Shown here: piece after piece, positions 1 to 12,425 of the stretch | How the letters are laid out: each line of letters starts with the position of its first letter | How positions within the stretch are numbered: position 1 is the first letter of the stretch | NCBI RefSeq assembly: GCF_001194135.2 | Contig: NC_068983.1 | Coordinates: 77,002,889-77,044,114, forward strand | DNA length: 41,226 nt | Source of the DNA: Octopus bimaculoides | Taxonomy: Eukaryota | Direction: 5' to 3' | The notes under the pieces: generated by a model | Database searches by the model: none | The model's input: only the letters and a program-made list of their open reading frames with translations | What the model was told of the DNA's origin: nothing | Position numbers and translations under genes: made by a program

Positions 1-53
1 TATATATATATATATGTAAATTTAAGGAATGGAGAAACCGCATGTTATAATTG

Positions 54-152
54 CATACTTTATTCCTACATATGTTTCAAAGGATTACAACCTATATGAT
101 CCATAGGGATCAGTGATATTAAAATTGTAACCTTCTCATCAGGGAAAGCATG
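54..152 (-). ncRNA. Type I hammerhead ribozyme, probably in a PLE terminal repeat
   Basis: Minus strand reads CATGCTTTCC-CTGATGA-GAAGGTTACAA...TTGTAATCCTTT-GAAA-CATATG-TA/GGAA-TAA-AGTATG. Core CUGAUGA is at plus 136-142 and GAAA at plus 75-78. Stem III is the palindrome ACATATGT (68-75). The GUA cleavage site falls between 67 and 66. Stem I is TTCC/GGAA with an extension past a 3-nt bulge. Folded by eye. Confidence 0.85.
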
Positions 153-282
153 GGAAACATCTTAAACGTAAGACATTATGACCGAGTATGAAAACAATAG
201 ATGGATAAGTTTATGACGTGATTCATTTGAAAAAAAAACGTTAGAGAATTGGACGCTGCCGGATAGTAGGTTGGACAACACA

Positions 283-377
283 TACATATAATGTGTGAAA
301 ACATACAAGCATACATAAATACATATACACATATACACATACATACATATACACGCATATATACACTTATGTATGTT

Positions 378-427
<50 letters not shown>

Positions 428-568
428 CACATACACATACACACACATATACATACATACACACACATATGTACACGCATACGTCCACATCTACATACAT
501 GCAGATACGTACCCACGTATATACAAATATACACATATGTGTGCTTGTCCCCATACACACGCATATAC

Positions 569-602
<34 letters not shown>

Positions 603-612
603 ATATATATAT
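283..612. repeat. Compound (TA)n/(TACA)n/(CA)n microsatellite running into a gap
   Basis: Direct reading; explains the YIYI/HTHT ORFs. Confidence 0.95.
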
Positions 613-1592
613 NNNNNNNNNNNNNNNNNNNNNNNNNNNNNNNNNNNNNNNNNNNNNNNNNNNNNNNNNNNNNNNNNNNNNNNNNNNNNNNNNNNNNNNN
701 NNNNNNNNNNNNNNNNNNNNNNNNNNNNNNNNNNNNNNNNNNNNNNNNNNNNNNNNNNNNNNNNNNNNNNNNNNNNNNNNNNNNNNNNNNNNNNNNNNNN
801 NNNNNNNNNNNNNNNNNNNNNNNNNNNNNNNNNNNNNNNNNNNNNNNNNNNNNNNNNNNNNNNNNNNNNNNNNNNNNNNNNNNNNNNNNNNNNNNNNNNN
901 NNNNNNNNNNNNNNNNNNNNNNNNNNNNNNNNNNNNNNNNNNNNNNNNNNNNNNNNNNNNNNNNNNNNNNNNNNNNNNNNNNNNNNNNNNNNNNNNNNNN
1001 NNNNNNNNNNNNNNNNNNNNNNNNNNNNNNNNNNNNNNNNNNNNNNNNNNNNNNNNNNNNNNNNNNNNNNNNNNNNNNNNNNNNNNNNNNNNNNNNNNNN
1101 NNNNNNNNNNNNNNNNNNNNNNNNNNNNNNNNNNNNNNNNNNNNNNNNNNNNNNNNNNNNNNNNNNNNNNNNNNNNNNNNNNNNNNNNNNNNNNNNNNNN
1201 NNNNNNNNNNNNNNNNNNNNNNNNNNNNNNNNNNNNNNNNNNNNNNNNNNNNNNNNNNNNNNNNNNNNNNNNNNNNNNNNNNNNNNNNNNNNNNNNNNNN
1301 NNNNNNNNNNNNNNNNNNNNNNNNNNNNNNNNNNNNNNNNNNNNNNNNNNNNNNNNNNNNNNNNNNNNNNNNNNNNNNNNNNNNNNNNNNNNNNNNNNNN
1401 NNNNNNNNNNNNNNNNNNNNNNNNNNNNNNNNNNNNNNNNNNNNNNNNNNNNNNNNNNNNNNNNNNNNNNNNNNNNNNNNNNNNNNNNNNNNNNNNNNNN
1501 NNNNNNNNNNNNNNNNNNNNNNNNNNNNNNNNNNNNNNNNNNNNNNNNNNNNNNNNNNNNNNNNNNNNNNNNNNNNNNNNNNNNNNNNNNNN
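613..1592. other. Assembly gap. Other gaps: 3052-3476, 9518-9847, 12367-12376, 14320-14329, 35285-35784, 37039-37736, 38570-38738, 39982-40227
   Basis: Runs of N, mostly bordered by microsatellites. Confidence 0.99.
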
Positions 1593-2145
1593 TTACCAGA
1601 TTATTCTTTGAAAATAAAATGAAGAGGAGTTCTGTAACACAAATATTGCAGAATTTTCCACCCTTTTCATATGGCTTAGAAATAGAAAGAATAAGCCAGT
1701 CTAGTTTAAATTTAATGTTATTATCTTTAAGATCCCAAATTAGTTTGCTAAGGCTCGTGGAATTACGTTTGTTTCTATCTCTAAAGGATTAGAAATGGTT
1801 AGAAATTCTAGTGGATACTGGTGTAGAGGAAGAACTTACATTAAAGTGAGTATTTTTGGGAGTACTAACTTGGCATTGGTAGATAGTGTTTCTGAGTTTC
1901 GCATTTTCACTTAAAAAAATAATTCTTTTGCTATTGACTTCTGAAATAATGATTTTGTTGTGCCTATTACTATTATGTGTCGTGTTATTATTATTGTTCC
2001 CCATATTATTATTATTAGTGTTATTATTGTTATTTTGGTAAGGGTTAATAATCTTTGGTTCAATGTTATTACTGTTTGAACTCTCTATTGGATGCAAAAG
2101 CCTCATATTGTGTGCAGATATTATCTGTGAGATGTTCTTCATTCT
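1593..2145 (-). mobile_element. Penelope-like element remnant: linker plus GIY-YIG endonuclease, inactivated
   Basis: Reading through the stop at 1789 gives MKNISQIISAHNMRLL...NTIYQCQVSTPKNTHFNVSSSSTPVSTRISNHF*SFRDRNKRNSTSLSKLIWDLKDNNIKFKLDWLILSISKPYEKGGKFCNICVTELLFILFSKNNL. This matches the PLE endonuclease C-terminal pattern (NH..SF, LSK.IW.LK, C..C..E). Confidence 0.85.
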
Positions 2146-2439
2146 TACAAACGTAAACACTGGCAAAAACACATTTTCTGCATTCAAATAACAGTAAAAC
2201 AATTTTTAAACGCTATCATATTTACCCGTAATAAGTAATTTCTTCAAATAGTTCTAATAAAACATACTATTATTCCCTCAAACGTTAGAAGATTAAAATT
2301 ATTTACGATTCAAATTATTTATCTAAACTTTTGTTATTTATTAACCTAAATTAGAGCATATTTTAAATATTGATAAACTCTTGTAAAAACAAAAACATAC
2401 AAAATTTATGTACGTTTGAATATACTAGTATGGTTTTTT

Positions 2440-3476
2440 TTTTTATATATACGCGTGTATCTGTGAGAGAAAATGTGTATGTGTGTGTCTGTGTATACAT
2501 ATTCAGGGTTTTGTATAAACTAGAGGCGTTTCTATAGACTTCTTTGTCTACATATACGCATTATCATTTATATTTTTACTTTTACTTTTGCCCTTATGTT
2601 TACTCTTATTAATATAATTTTGAAAAAAATATATCAATATGCATTTACGTATGATTTTTTGGATGTATGCACATTTTCGTGTGAAGATGTATTTATTTAC
2701 ACATAGGTTTATTTAAATATTCATATATGAGTGTACTTGTGAATAATTATGGGAGCATATTTGTGTAGATGTATTTTTTATATATAAAAAAATACATGTC
2801 CATATTTAGATGTATGTGTGTGTGTAAATATACATGTGTGTGTGTAAATATACATGTGTGTTTATGATTGTGTATACAAGTTTATGTGAGTGTGTATGTC
2901 CACATGTGTACGTATATGTATGTATGTATATGTATATATATGTGTGTGTCTGTGTATGTGCGTATATATATATATATATTTATATGTATGTATATATATA
3001 TATGTATATATATGTGTATATATGTATATTTATATATATATATATATATATNNNNNNNNNNNNNNNNNNNNNNNNNNNNNNNNNNNNNNNNNNNNNNNNN
3101 NNNNNNNNNNNNNNNNNNNNNNNNNNNNNNNNNNNNNNNNNNNNNNNNNNNNNNNNNNNNNNNNNNNNNNNNNNNNNNNNNNNNNNNNNNNNNNNNNNNN
3201 NNNNNNNNNNNNNNNNNNNNNNNNNNNNNNNNNNNNNNNNNNNNNNNNNNNNNNNNNNNNNNNNNNNNNNNNNNNNNNNNNNNNNNNNNNNNNNNNNNNN
3301 NNNNNNNNNNNNNNNNNNNNNNNNNNNNNNNNNNNNNNNNNNNNNNNNNNNNNNNNNNNNNNNNNNNNNNNNNNNNNNNNNNNNNNNNNNNNNNNNNNNN
3401 NNNNNNNNNNNNNNNNNNNNNNNNNNNNNNNNNNNNNNNNNNNNNNNNNNNNNNNNNNNNNNNNNNNNNNNNNNNN

Positions 3477-3505
<29 letters not shown>
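2440..3505. repeat. (TG)n/(TA)n/(TGTA)n microsatellites flanking a gap
   Basis: Direct reading. Confidence 0.9.
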
Positions 3506-3508
<3 letters not shown>

Positions 3509-4504
3509 CGCGTGTGCGTACGTTATAGTAGCTGATTTTAAATCTCTGAGAGAGATTCACATAGTAACAGAACAAAACAGTAAAGGCCGTTATCACATTT
3601 TGCGTGGGTGTTCTATGCAAAACGAATGTTACTATATTTTAACATATGATTCTCTTTGATTGTCCTTTGTTTATCAATGTCACGTAAAGACTAGTAATAT
3701 TTTCAATAATTGTAGTTCCTGAAATATATTGTAAGGAACAAAATTAAGCTTCATTCTATGAAGGTCCAAGATAAAAGAAATCAAAATTTGCCATATATTT
3801 GTAGACAACGATACTAAATAAGATGAACATATAGCGGTTTTCTAACTTTTACTGTAGAATATGAATTTGGAACTCTAGTAAAATTGCGTTATATTCCCTG
3901 AATGGCAAAACACATACTTTGTTTTGCCATTCATGATTTGAAGGAAAACAGAGTTTTCACAATATAACTAAATCCTTACTCAAGCATAGTATAATAATAT
4001 CCAGAGTAATTGGAAGCGAAACAATAAAAATAAGTATAATCACAAGCAGGTTTTCATAATTTCTTGTCCCTGACAAATGGTGTTATCATACACTCGCATA
4101 AGGCAACAAATGAAAAGAAAATGTACTACAAAATTATGATGTTAACAAACTTACTGGAAAGTGTGTGGATAAATTGCAATATAGATTGGGAAGCACTTTG
4201 AAAATTTATTCCAGTTTGAGACGGATGAACGAAACTACGTGTATCAGTAATTCAATGAAACACCATAACTGAAGAGATAATCGGTTTGAAAGCTTACAAA
4301 GATAAGACACAAATCGGAAATGCAAACAGCCTCTGAAAAAGGATACCAAGAAATACTGTATAAACCAGAAGATAATATCAAAGACGGGAAGTCATATAAA
4401 AGGAAACAGACCATACAACACGCAATATAGAAAATAATGCTGATAATGAATATAGGAATGGCTATGATGACGATAATATTACTAATAGCAATATCTTAAC
4501 TTAT

Positions 4505-4625
4505 ACAACACGCACAAGCACTCACACACAGACACACACACACGCACGCATGCACACATACTCATGCACACACACGTAGACACAAACACACACACACATA
4601 AGCGCCCGCGTGTGTGCGCGTAAGT
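4505..4625. repeat. (CA)n-rich microsatellite
   Basis: Direct reading. Confidence 0.85.
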
Positions 4626-4739
4626 ATATATGATAAACACCCGTCGAAGACGATGTATGAATGTTCAGCTTATGCCGAACGACCTGCACATATGATTTGT
4701 TTATAGTGATTAAATATTCGTGCTGCACACTAGCTCAAT

Positions 4740-5155
<416 letters not shown>

Positions 5156-5689
5156 TATATATCCCATGAATGTGAAACACAAGAAGTTGAATTAAACATT
5201 AGTATATTTTATAAACATGAAAATGTCCCATATAACACTGCGCGTTCCACCCAAATCGAGGCTATCTTTCATCGTTGCTCTGTATTCAAAGCTACCAATA
5301 CTGTTCTTCAAACATTGTGAATAACTATTGCAGGGAAAAATTAGGCTAGCCAAAAATATCATACTCTATGCCGTCTAAAAGTGGAACATCTGAGAAACAT
5401 AAGAATAGAGAGTTACCATTCGAAATCACATTGAAGGCGGTATGGGAGAAGATCAGTGAAAAAGAGTATACCTACGCTGATCTATTGAGAAATCATCAGT
5501 TACTCTAGATTAAAAGTTCAGGTTAATACCTGTAATTATTGGGGTCCTGAGATATATAACACACTGCCTAAATACCAATCTTGAGAAATTAGAAAGGAGA
5601 AAGCTAATTCGAAGGTTACAGATGCATTCCATCACTGGAAATGTAAAAACATGTGAGACATTCCACAAGTTTATCATTTCAATATATAT

Positions 5690-5837
5690 GATCATATCTA
5701 TATATGCAACTATATGCATGAGAATACATACATAAAACAAAGCATACAAATCTGCACACATACATACATGCATACATACGTACACACGTACATACATACA
5801 TACATACATACATACATACATGCATATATACATACAT
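5690..5837. repeat. (TACA)n microsatellite, tail or target of the adjacent RTE
   Basis: Direct reading. Confidence 0.9.
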
Positions 5838-6363
5838 GATGGCTGCCCCCTCGTTATCGAGTATGGCTATTGCACGAAGCTTCACTTAACGGTGCTGTGA
5901 TCGAATGTGACTTATTAGCCCAGCCAAAGATCGTGAATGTCGTGCACAGAGTTGGCATCCAAAACCTTTACTGGCAATAGCTGGCTATCGTTGTAATTGG
6001 GCTCCTTGTACCTTTGCGTATCGTTTAAGTCCTCCTGCTGAATAAACACACCCTTCCACATGCCCGACAGACATGATTAGTATGGTGTGTAGCATCATCG
6101 CCAGGGGCCTGATAGTCAATCATCGGTCTTGCTTTATGACTACGAAGATGACTCATAAGCCCAGCTTTACTGAGGCACGGTCTTGCACAGACACTGCATG
6201 TCAGTGTCATAGAAAGACCCTTGCCATCTGGAAGTGCAACAACAATGCCCTTCCTGACATCTCTCCTTAGTTTCTCATGTGCAATTCGTGATTTCTCAAA
6301 AATAGTTGTCCCCTCATGCACAAACCTTCTCCACTTGCCACGGTCAGTAGCTATGTCTATGCC
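5838..6363 (-). mobile_element. 5'-truncated RTE-clade LINE: ORF C-terminus with C2H2-like fingers, plus 3' UTR
   Basis: DIATDRGKWRRFVHEGTTIFEKSRIAHEKLRRDVRKG is an RTE C-terminal signature. It is followed by CSVCARPCLSKAGLMSHLRSH, CRACGRVC..., and after a frameshift GLKRYAKVQ...CQLCARHSRSLAGLISHIRSQHR* (stop at 5886-5888). Confidence 0.85.
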
Positions 6364-9300
6364 TACATACATACATACATACATACGCTGTTGATGTCGA
6401 AATTCCAATGAAGGAGCATTTGATCTATGTTAGAAACCGGCTCTTTCTCTGCTGACAAGAAATCTTGAAATAAAACTTAACAATGACTTACATATATGAA
6501 ATTCATTACCTTCTTCCCTACATATTAAAGGGTATTCTCTATTTCTTTCCTTAGTCATGCAGTTTTTCATTCTTTCCCTATTTTACTTACTTTTCAATAA
6601 TTTTGATTCGTTTTACTCCAAGAAATTTTGTCTAATCAGCTTCATATATTCTGTACATCTACACCACTGAACAGGCAGAATGTTTTAGGACAAAGTAATA
6701 GGAATTTTGTTGATTAGACTCCAGTAAGACTCCAAGAGAGCGGTATCAGTTTTAATCACTATAATTGTATGCCTGTTTTCATTTCCCTCGATTGTATTTG
6801 AAGCTGAAGCGCTTCTGCTGCTGATGATGATGAATGGTAACTGAAGAAGTTTTGAATGCATGAAAGAATATTAATCATAATAGTAACATAAAAGTAGGTA
6901 ACATTATAGGCTAATGTTAGTGTACATTTATTTGACTCTGTAATCGGATGACTTATTAAACTTATATTCGTAAGTCGTAGTGCTGTTTAATGTAACCTAG
7001 GAGTTATTAATGGTAGTGATCACTATATAATTGTATTTAATATTTAGTCTTGCAACGTAGTGAGGTGTAGATATCTATTGATGAAATATACAACGTAGGT
7101 TCGGCTCATTGTATGGAAATAATCACTTCACATTCGATATATTGAATGATTCGACAATATTCATACGTCATCACTGGCTTGTTCTCGTTTAGCAATTATC
7201 TTCATATGTTTCATTTTGGGCAAACAATACAGTAAATGTATTTAAATCAATGCATTATTTGAGTTGTTTGTGAATATTTCATCTATGTCAATAGAAAGCA
7301 ATGTGTTCTTTAAATATTTAGCTCAACACGTCTCTATATTGCTCATGCATTTTGCATTAATCTATAGTATCAAGGCAACGACAACGCTATAAGTATTCAG
7401 CCTTTACACCTATGAAGTGTTACTTGTGGGAGCAGCATGTATATGGACTTATTCATGAATTGGGTGAAATAATTTTGAGGGTTTATATTATGAGACACGG
7501 TATAAAACGGAGAATAGTAAAGAACATTAACTTACATGCTGTAGATCTGGCTTCTTTGAAGAATCATATATCATTATAGCAATAGAAGAATGACAGAAAA
7601 CAAGTATGTGTGTGTGCTTGTGTGTGTGTGCGTGTGTATGTGGACTGGAGTGGTGTTAGTTGTTTATACCTTCTTCGTGGGTGAATTCTTAAGAATTTAT
7701 GAAAGCGCCTTTCGATTCAGCTTTATAATTATCAACTGTCATCTTGACTTCCTTAGCAGTTCTAGGTGTATCATGCGATACGCGTTTCATATTACTTATT
7801 TCATATATTATTTGATACTTCTGCCGTGACCTGTAATAACAAGTAAATGAAAGTAAGCACTTCAAGAAATTGAATTCAAAGTCTAGAAGATCTACGTTTA
7901 ATGTAACTAAACAGTTAGTGAGATTTTTGCTTCATTTAAATACCGCGGTGCATTTCTACATTTCTACACCCAATGATATCAATGAGAGTATCTTCAGGAA
8001 AATGATGTATTTTACCTTCCATACTCTATGACTTACGTAAGAAATACTTCCTCCTCATTCTTTCTCTTAATTACACACCACTTGTTTTTATTAATGTCCT
8101 TATTTAAAGAGGTGCTACAACCACATGCATACATAATGCATGTCTGCAAACATAAAGAAATGGCATTTGACTTTTACGCAATACTTTTAGTGTCCAGTGA
8201 TTTGCAACGTTCTTTTCTATATTACTACACCGGTTTGTAGTCATTTGAAGAAAACACCTCACGTAACCTTTTCAACGCAAATTCAGTTGACTAGTTTGTC
8301 TTATCAAACATTGTTAAATTAAATATCTCCTACCTTCAACTGCATTCAATTTGAACATATATCTTGCCCGAACATATATCAACAAATGTCTGGAAATGAC
8401 AACATAAGCTACTCCGCTCTTGCAGTATGATATAAAGGTTCTAAATATTTAAATGTCAAACATCGGCACAGTAACAGGTATACCTGTGGATTGTATGCTG
8501 TATTTTAAGAACCTTAATAATCATACCAAAGCTATTCTAATAGCAAACAAACAGTAACTGAATACTAAGAAGTTTTCGCCTATAACCTACAGAGTTTTCT
8601 GTCAACCCACACTCACAGACCGAGTGATAGAATAATCTCCTAATTCCTGAATGACTTTTTAAGAAAATAATTGATTCGATTTTATATAGGGCGAAAAAAA
8701 ATTTGTATATACGGTGAAGTAGAAACGCTTAAAATTTAATTCCACGCGTACTTTTGACATATACCACGTATGTATACGCACTTAGCAACTTCGTTAATTC
8801 CAAAGGGAGGGTGCTACCTACTTACCATAAGAAATTTCAATTTAAAATCAAGGAATATGAAAGCACAGGAAAAGTATATACACACACACCCATGCTCACG
8901 CACACAGACATATATATTGTAATGTATTGATATTCTTTTTTATTATCTATATTGAATATCTTAGAAATTCTACTAAGTGGTTATCATGTATAATACTATT
9001 TCATATACGTTTACTAGACCTATCTCCACCATTAGTTATATCAGATAGGTAGCACGTCTTTAAAAATTAAAATATATACAAAAGAAACATTTATAAATCG
9101 TCGTGAATTATATGAACAGAAAGCAAAGAAAGAACGATAGATAAAGGAAGATATATTCAATTTGAGGGTGGACAACTTCCCAGAAGTTCAATAAAACTAC
9201 TCGACTAGAAACACCACTATTGACGTGGTAAGTTAAATGAGGGTTAATCAAAGAACGTGCTATAAATTCATTCTCTAAGTAGAATAGAAGTTAATATTCC

Positions 9301-9847
9301 ATGTGAAAACGTTATCTAATAGAATTTCCATAGACTTATACTAAATTAACAATGAACTATTAATCTCTAGATTAAATTTCCTTATTCATTCCTTTGCTTT
9401 CAAGTGTGAAATATATGAAAGATGTATGTGAAAATTTATGCTAGAAATGGTGTCTGTATTACAATAAGGATGATTTGAAAATACAGACAAACAAGTACAT
9501 TCGACTTCATATATATANNNNNNNNNNNNNNNNNNNNNNNNNNNNNNNNNNNNNNNNNNNNNNNNNNNNNNNNNNNNNNNNNNNNNNNNNNNNNNNNNNN
9601 NNNNNNNNNNNNNNNNNNNNNNNNNNNNNNNNNNNNNNNNNNNNNNNNNNNNNNNNNNNNNNNNNNNNNNNNNNNNNNNNNNNNNNNNNNNNNNNNNNNN
9701 NNNNNNNNNNNNNNNNNNNNNNNNNNNNNNNNNNNNNNNNNNNNNNNNNNNNNNNNNNNNNNNNNNNNNNNNNNNNNNNNNNNNNNNNNNNNNNNNNNNN
9801 NNNNNNNNNNNNNNNNNNNNNNNNNNNNNNNNNNNNNNNNNNNNNNN

Positions 9848-10008
9848 ATGTATGTATATATATATATATGCATATATGCATGCATATACAAAATAGAGTT
9901 TGTGTGTGTGTGTGTGCGTGCGTGTGTGTATGCGTGCGTGTGGGTGGGTGTGTGTGTTTGTGTGTGTGTGTGTGTTTGTGTGTGTGGGTGTGTGTGTGCA
10001 CACGCGCG
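9848..10008. repeat. (TG)n-rich microsatellite
   Basis: Direct reading. Confidence 0.95.
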
Positions 10009-10299
10009 TATGTTCCTTATGCATTCGAAAACTTAGTTGCCGATTTTCACGTATAGGGTATCAAAAGATTCATTAATCTTTCGGCTACCAGAAAAAAAAC
10101 AACTTTATTTTCATTTACATATTTGTATTACAAAAAATTTAACATCAGAATCTTATTATAAAATTAACTATCGTAAACGACATTTCATAACACAACGACA
10201 ACGATGTCGACATTACATCCTTCTCCATATCGTCATTCGCCACAACGTTTTTCGATAGATGGAGAAAGGTAAATAGTGTAAATATGTGAGTGAGTTAGA

Positions 10300-10580
10300 A
10301 AGAGAGAGTGAGTGAATGAAGCAGACAGACTAAAAGACGAACTACTACAAAGGGTGAGAGAGAATATGTATAAGCGAAAGAAACACAGGATGCTAAAAAA
10401 AAATAGAGAAGAGAGAAAGAAACAGAGGGAGAAAAAGAAGTTTGTATAGAATTTGAAAGAGAGAGAGAGAGAGAGAGAGAGCCAGAATGAGAGACGATGA
10501 TGTTTCACACTGTATGTGAAAGAAAGCCGGCACAAAGAGAAGGAAAAGCGGGAAAGACAGAAAGAGAGAAAGAGAGAGTG
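10300..10580. repeat. Purine-rich (GA)n/low-complexity tract
   Basis: Direct reading. Confidence 0.8.
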
Positions 10581-10769
10581 AGACGTTGATATTTGAAGCT
10601 GCATGCGTGTGCACTGTGTGTATTTGCGTGCGCGCGGCGTTCCATAATTGTCATTTATTTCAATCGTTCCTGTGAAGATATTCACGAGACTTTCACTCAT
10701 CTTTGCATTTAATCTCCATTTTAATTTTTTTTTTAAGTTTCCGAGAAAACTATTCTCACTTTCTACAAT

Positions 10770-11440
10770 AGGAAATGGAGCAGATGTAGATGATCAGTAT
10801 TCTACAGTGAAGCAAAGACGAGTACAGTTAGTCACAAGGCCACTAGAGACCCCTGCACAACGACAGCAACGACATGAAAACGTCCGAAAAGGAGCTCCTG
10901 CAGGCAATGAGTCATAAGATGCAAGGGAAAAACGGTTAGAACAATTAAGTCAAGAAAATGCAATCTGCAGTAGCCAAGCGTCCAAAAAGGAAAGATAATA
11001 ACATTTAACGTATGCCAGACAACGACAAGCTGCCAGGGTCACCAATGAGACAATTGATCAGCGAGAGATGAGACAAAAAAAACAGGAGTAAACAGTTGCT
11101 GCAAGACATCGCCAATACACAGAGGAGGTCATAGTCGTCTTCATGAAGATAGGCTGAGTACGTTTGACAAAACAGTTGCAATTTTTCAGTTTCCTAGGAA
11201 TAGTTCAGCTTTCAACCATGATCCAAAACAGAATTATTCTACAGAGAAATGGATTGGAATGTCAAAAGAGCGCAAATTTTGTAAAGGAAAGACATGGGAA
11301 AGCTAAACCACCACTATGTGTTGTGGTGGAAGAACAGTTGTTTTACCGACGATTGGTGGACCTCAGATACTTTGAAAGCATGCTCTTTTTGAAAAGCATT
11401 AAATGGATAAATGCAACGCACTGATCAATTTATTTTTCAT
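10770..11440 (+). mobile_element. Helitron RepHel N-terminal fragment, pseudogenised
   Basis: ETPAQRQQRHENVR...NES*DAREKRLEQL...NETIDQREMRQ is a repeated E-T-x-E-Q-R helical region. It is followed by SAFNHDPKQNYSTEKWIGMSKERKFCKGKTWES*TTTMCCGGRTVVLP, matching the Helitron AF.YDP..Y / IG.M...C..C / MCC..G.V.LP zinc region. Several stops. Confidence 0.75.
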
Positions 11441-11787
11441 TTGAGAAGTCAATTCGGAATTCATAATGCAAACTATTATCCCAATGCAAACTTTTGCCTA
11501 TGTAGTCATAGTCATGCATATGTTTATACTGTCTTGTGCTAGTATATTGCAGTCACTCGACAGATAGTTCCTACTCTTCTCTCCTTTCCAACAGATTCTA
11601 TATTTGTTGTCTGAGTTTTATCAATCTTTGCTTTAATGAGATTAGTTGTAAAAGTTTGGCCTGATCGGTATAATTAGCTTTTGTTTCTCGTTTCAAGTTC
11701 TCGTCCGTCAACCAGGGCCAATTATTCAAAAGCTATTGCTAATTAAAATAACGTGATTATTCTAAGAATTACTGTTAACAAGGTTTG

Positions 11788-12067
11788 TTCAACTCTTTGT
11801 CCTTCCCTCTGGCCCCTCTAAACTTCTTTTCGCACTTGACATCAATAATCTATATACGGTGATCCCTCACCACGAGGCGCTGCCTGCACTTCAAAATTTC
11901 CATGACCTTCTTGACACATCCACACTTGACACATCCACACTCATTCGTCTGGCTGAACTTGTCCTCTCACTTAACTGCACCATCGAGGGTGATTTTTACT
12001 AGCACGTCTCGGCAGTGGCCATGGGAACGAGAATGAGTCACAACTATGCGACCTGTTCGTTGGTTAC
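11788..12067 (+). mobile_element. Penelope-like element reverse transcriptase fragment, pseudogenised
   Basis: FNSLSFP/GPSKLLFALDINNLYTVIPHHEALPALQNF...STLIRLAELVLSLNCTIEGDFY*HVSAVAMGTRMSHNYA/LFVG matches the PLE RT motifs D..SLYT.IP and Q..G.AMG..M.P.YA.LF. Confidence 0.85.
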
Positions 12068-12269
12068 CCCTACACATTCCAGCCCCACCATCCCTATACA
12101 TCCCATCCGACCCCACACTTGCTTCCCCCACTCTCGTCTCCACCCACACCCGAACACCAGCACCCAAAATTCACACCACCACACCACCAAACAACACACC
12201 AGCATACAACCGTCTTCGTCTATTGTATTTGTAAGAGATAAAGTGTGAGAGCGAGAAACAGATAAATAC

Positions 12270-12271
12270 GC

Positions 12272-12354
<83 letters not shown>

Positions 12355-12392
12355 GAGATAGATAGANNNNNNNNNNAGATAGATAGATAGAG

Positions 12393-12425
<33 letters not shown>
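12270..12425. repeat. (CAGA)n then (TAGA)n
   Basis: Direct reading. Confidence 0.95.

Noticed and set aside
162-1792. Long ORFs such as 291-1622, 373-1611 and 377-1792, and similar ones at 2.8-3.6, 9.4-10, 35-36, 37, 38.5 and 39.9 kb
   Set aside because: They consist of translated N-gaps and dinucleotide repeats, which lack stop codons.
4268-4300. CTGAAGA...GAAAGCTT hammerhead-like spacing
   Set aside because: Stem II is poor and there is no stem I complement.
5236-5300. Possible SINE trace (GAGGCTATCTTTCATCG)
   Set aside because: Too short and diverged to support a call.
6385-6495. Segment resembling a recurrent octopus repeat (AGAAACCGGCTCTTTCTCTG...AAGAAATCTTGAAATAAAAC)
   Set aside because: Recollection only; there is no second copy in the window and no structural hallmark.
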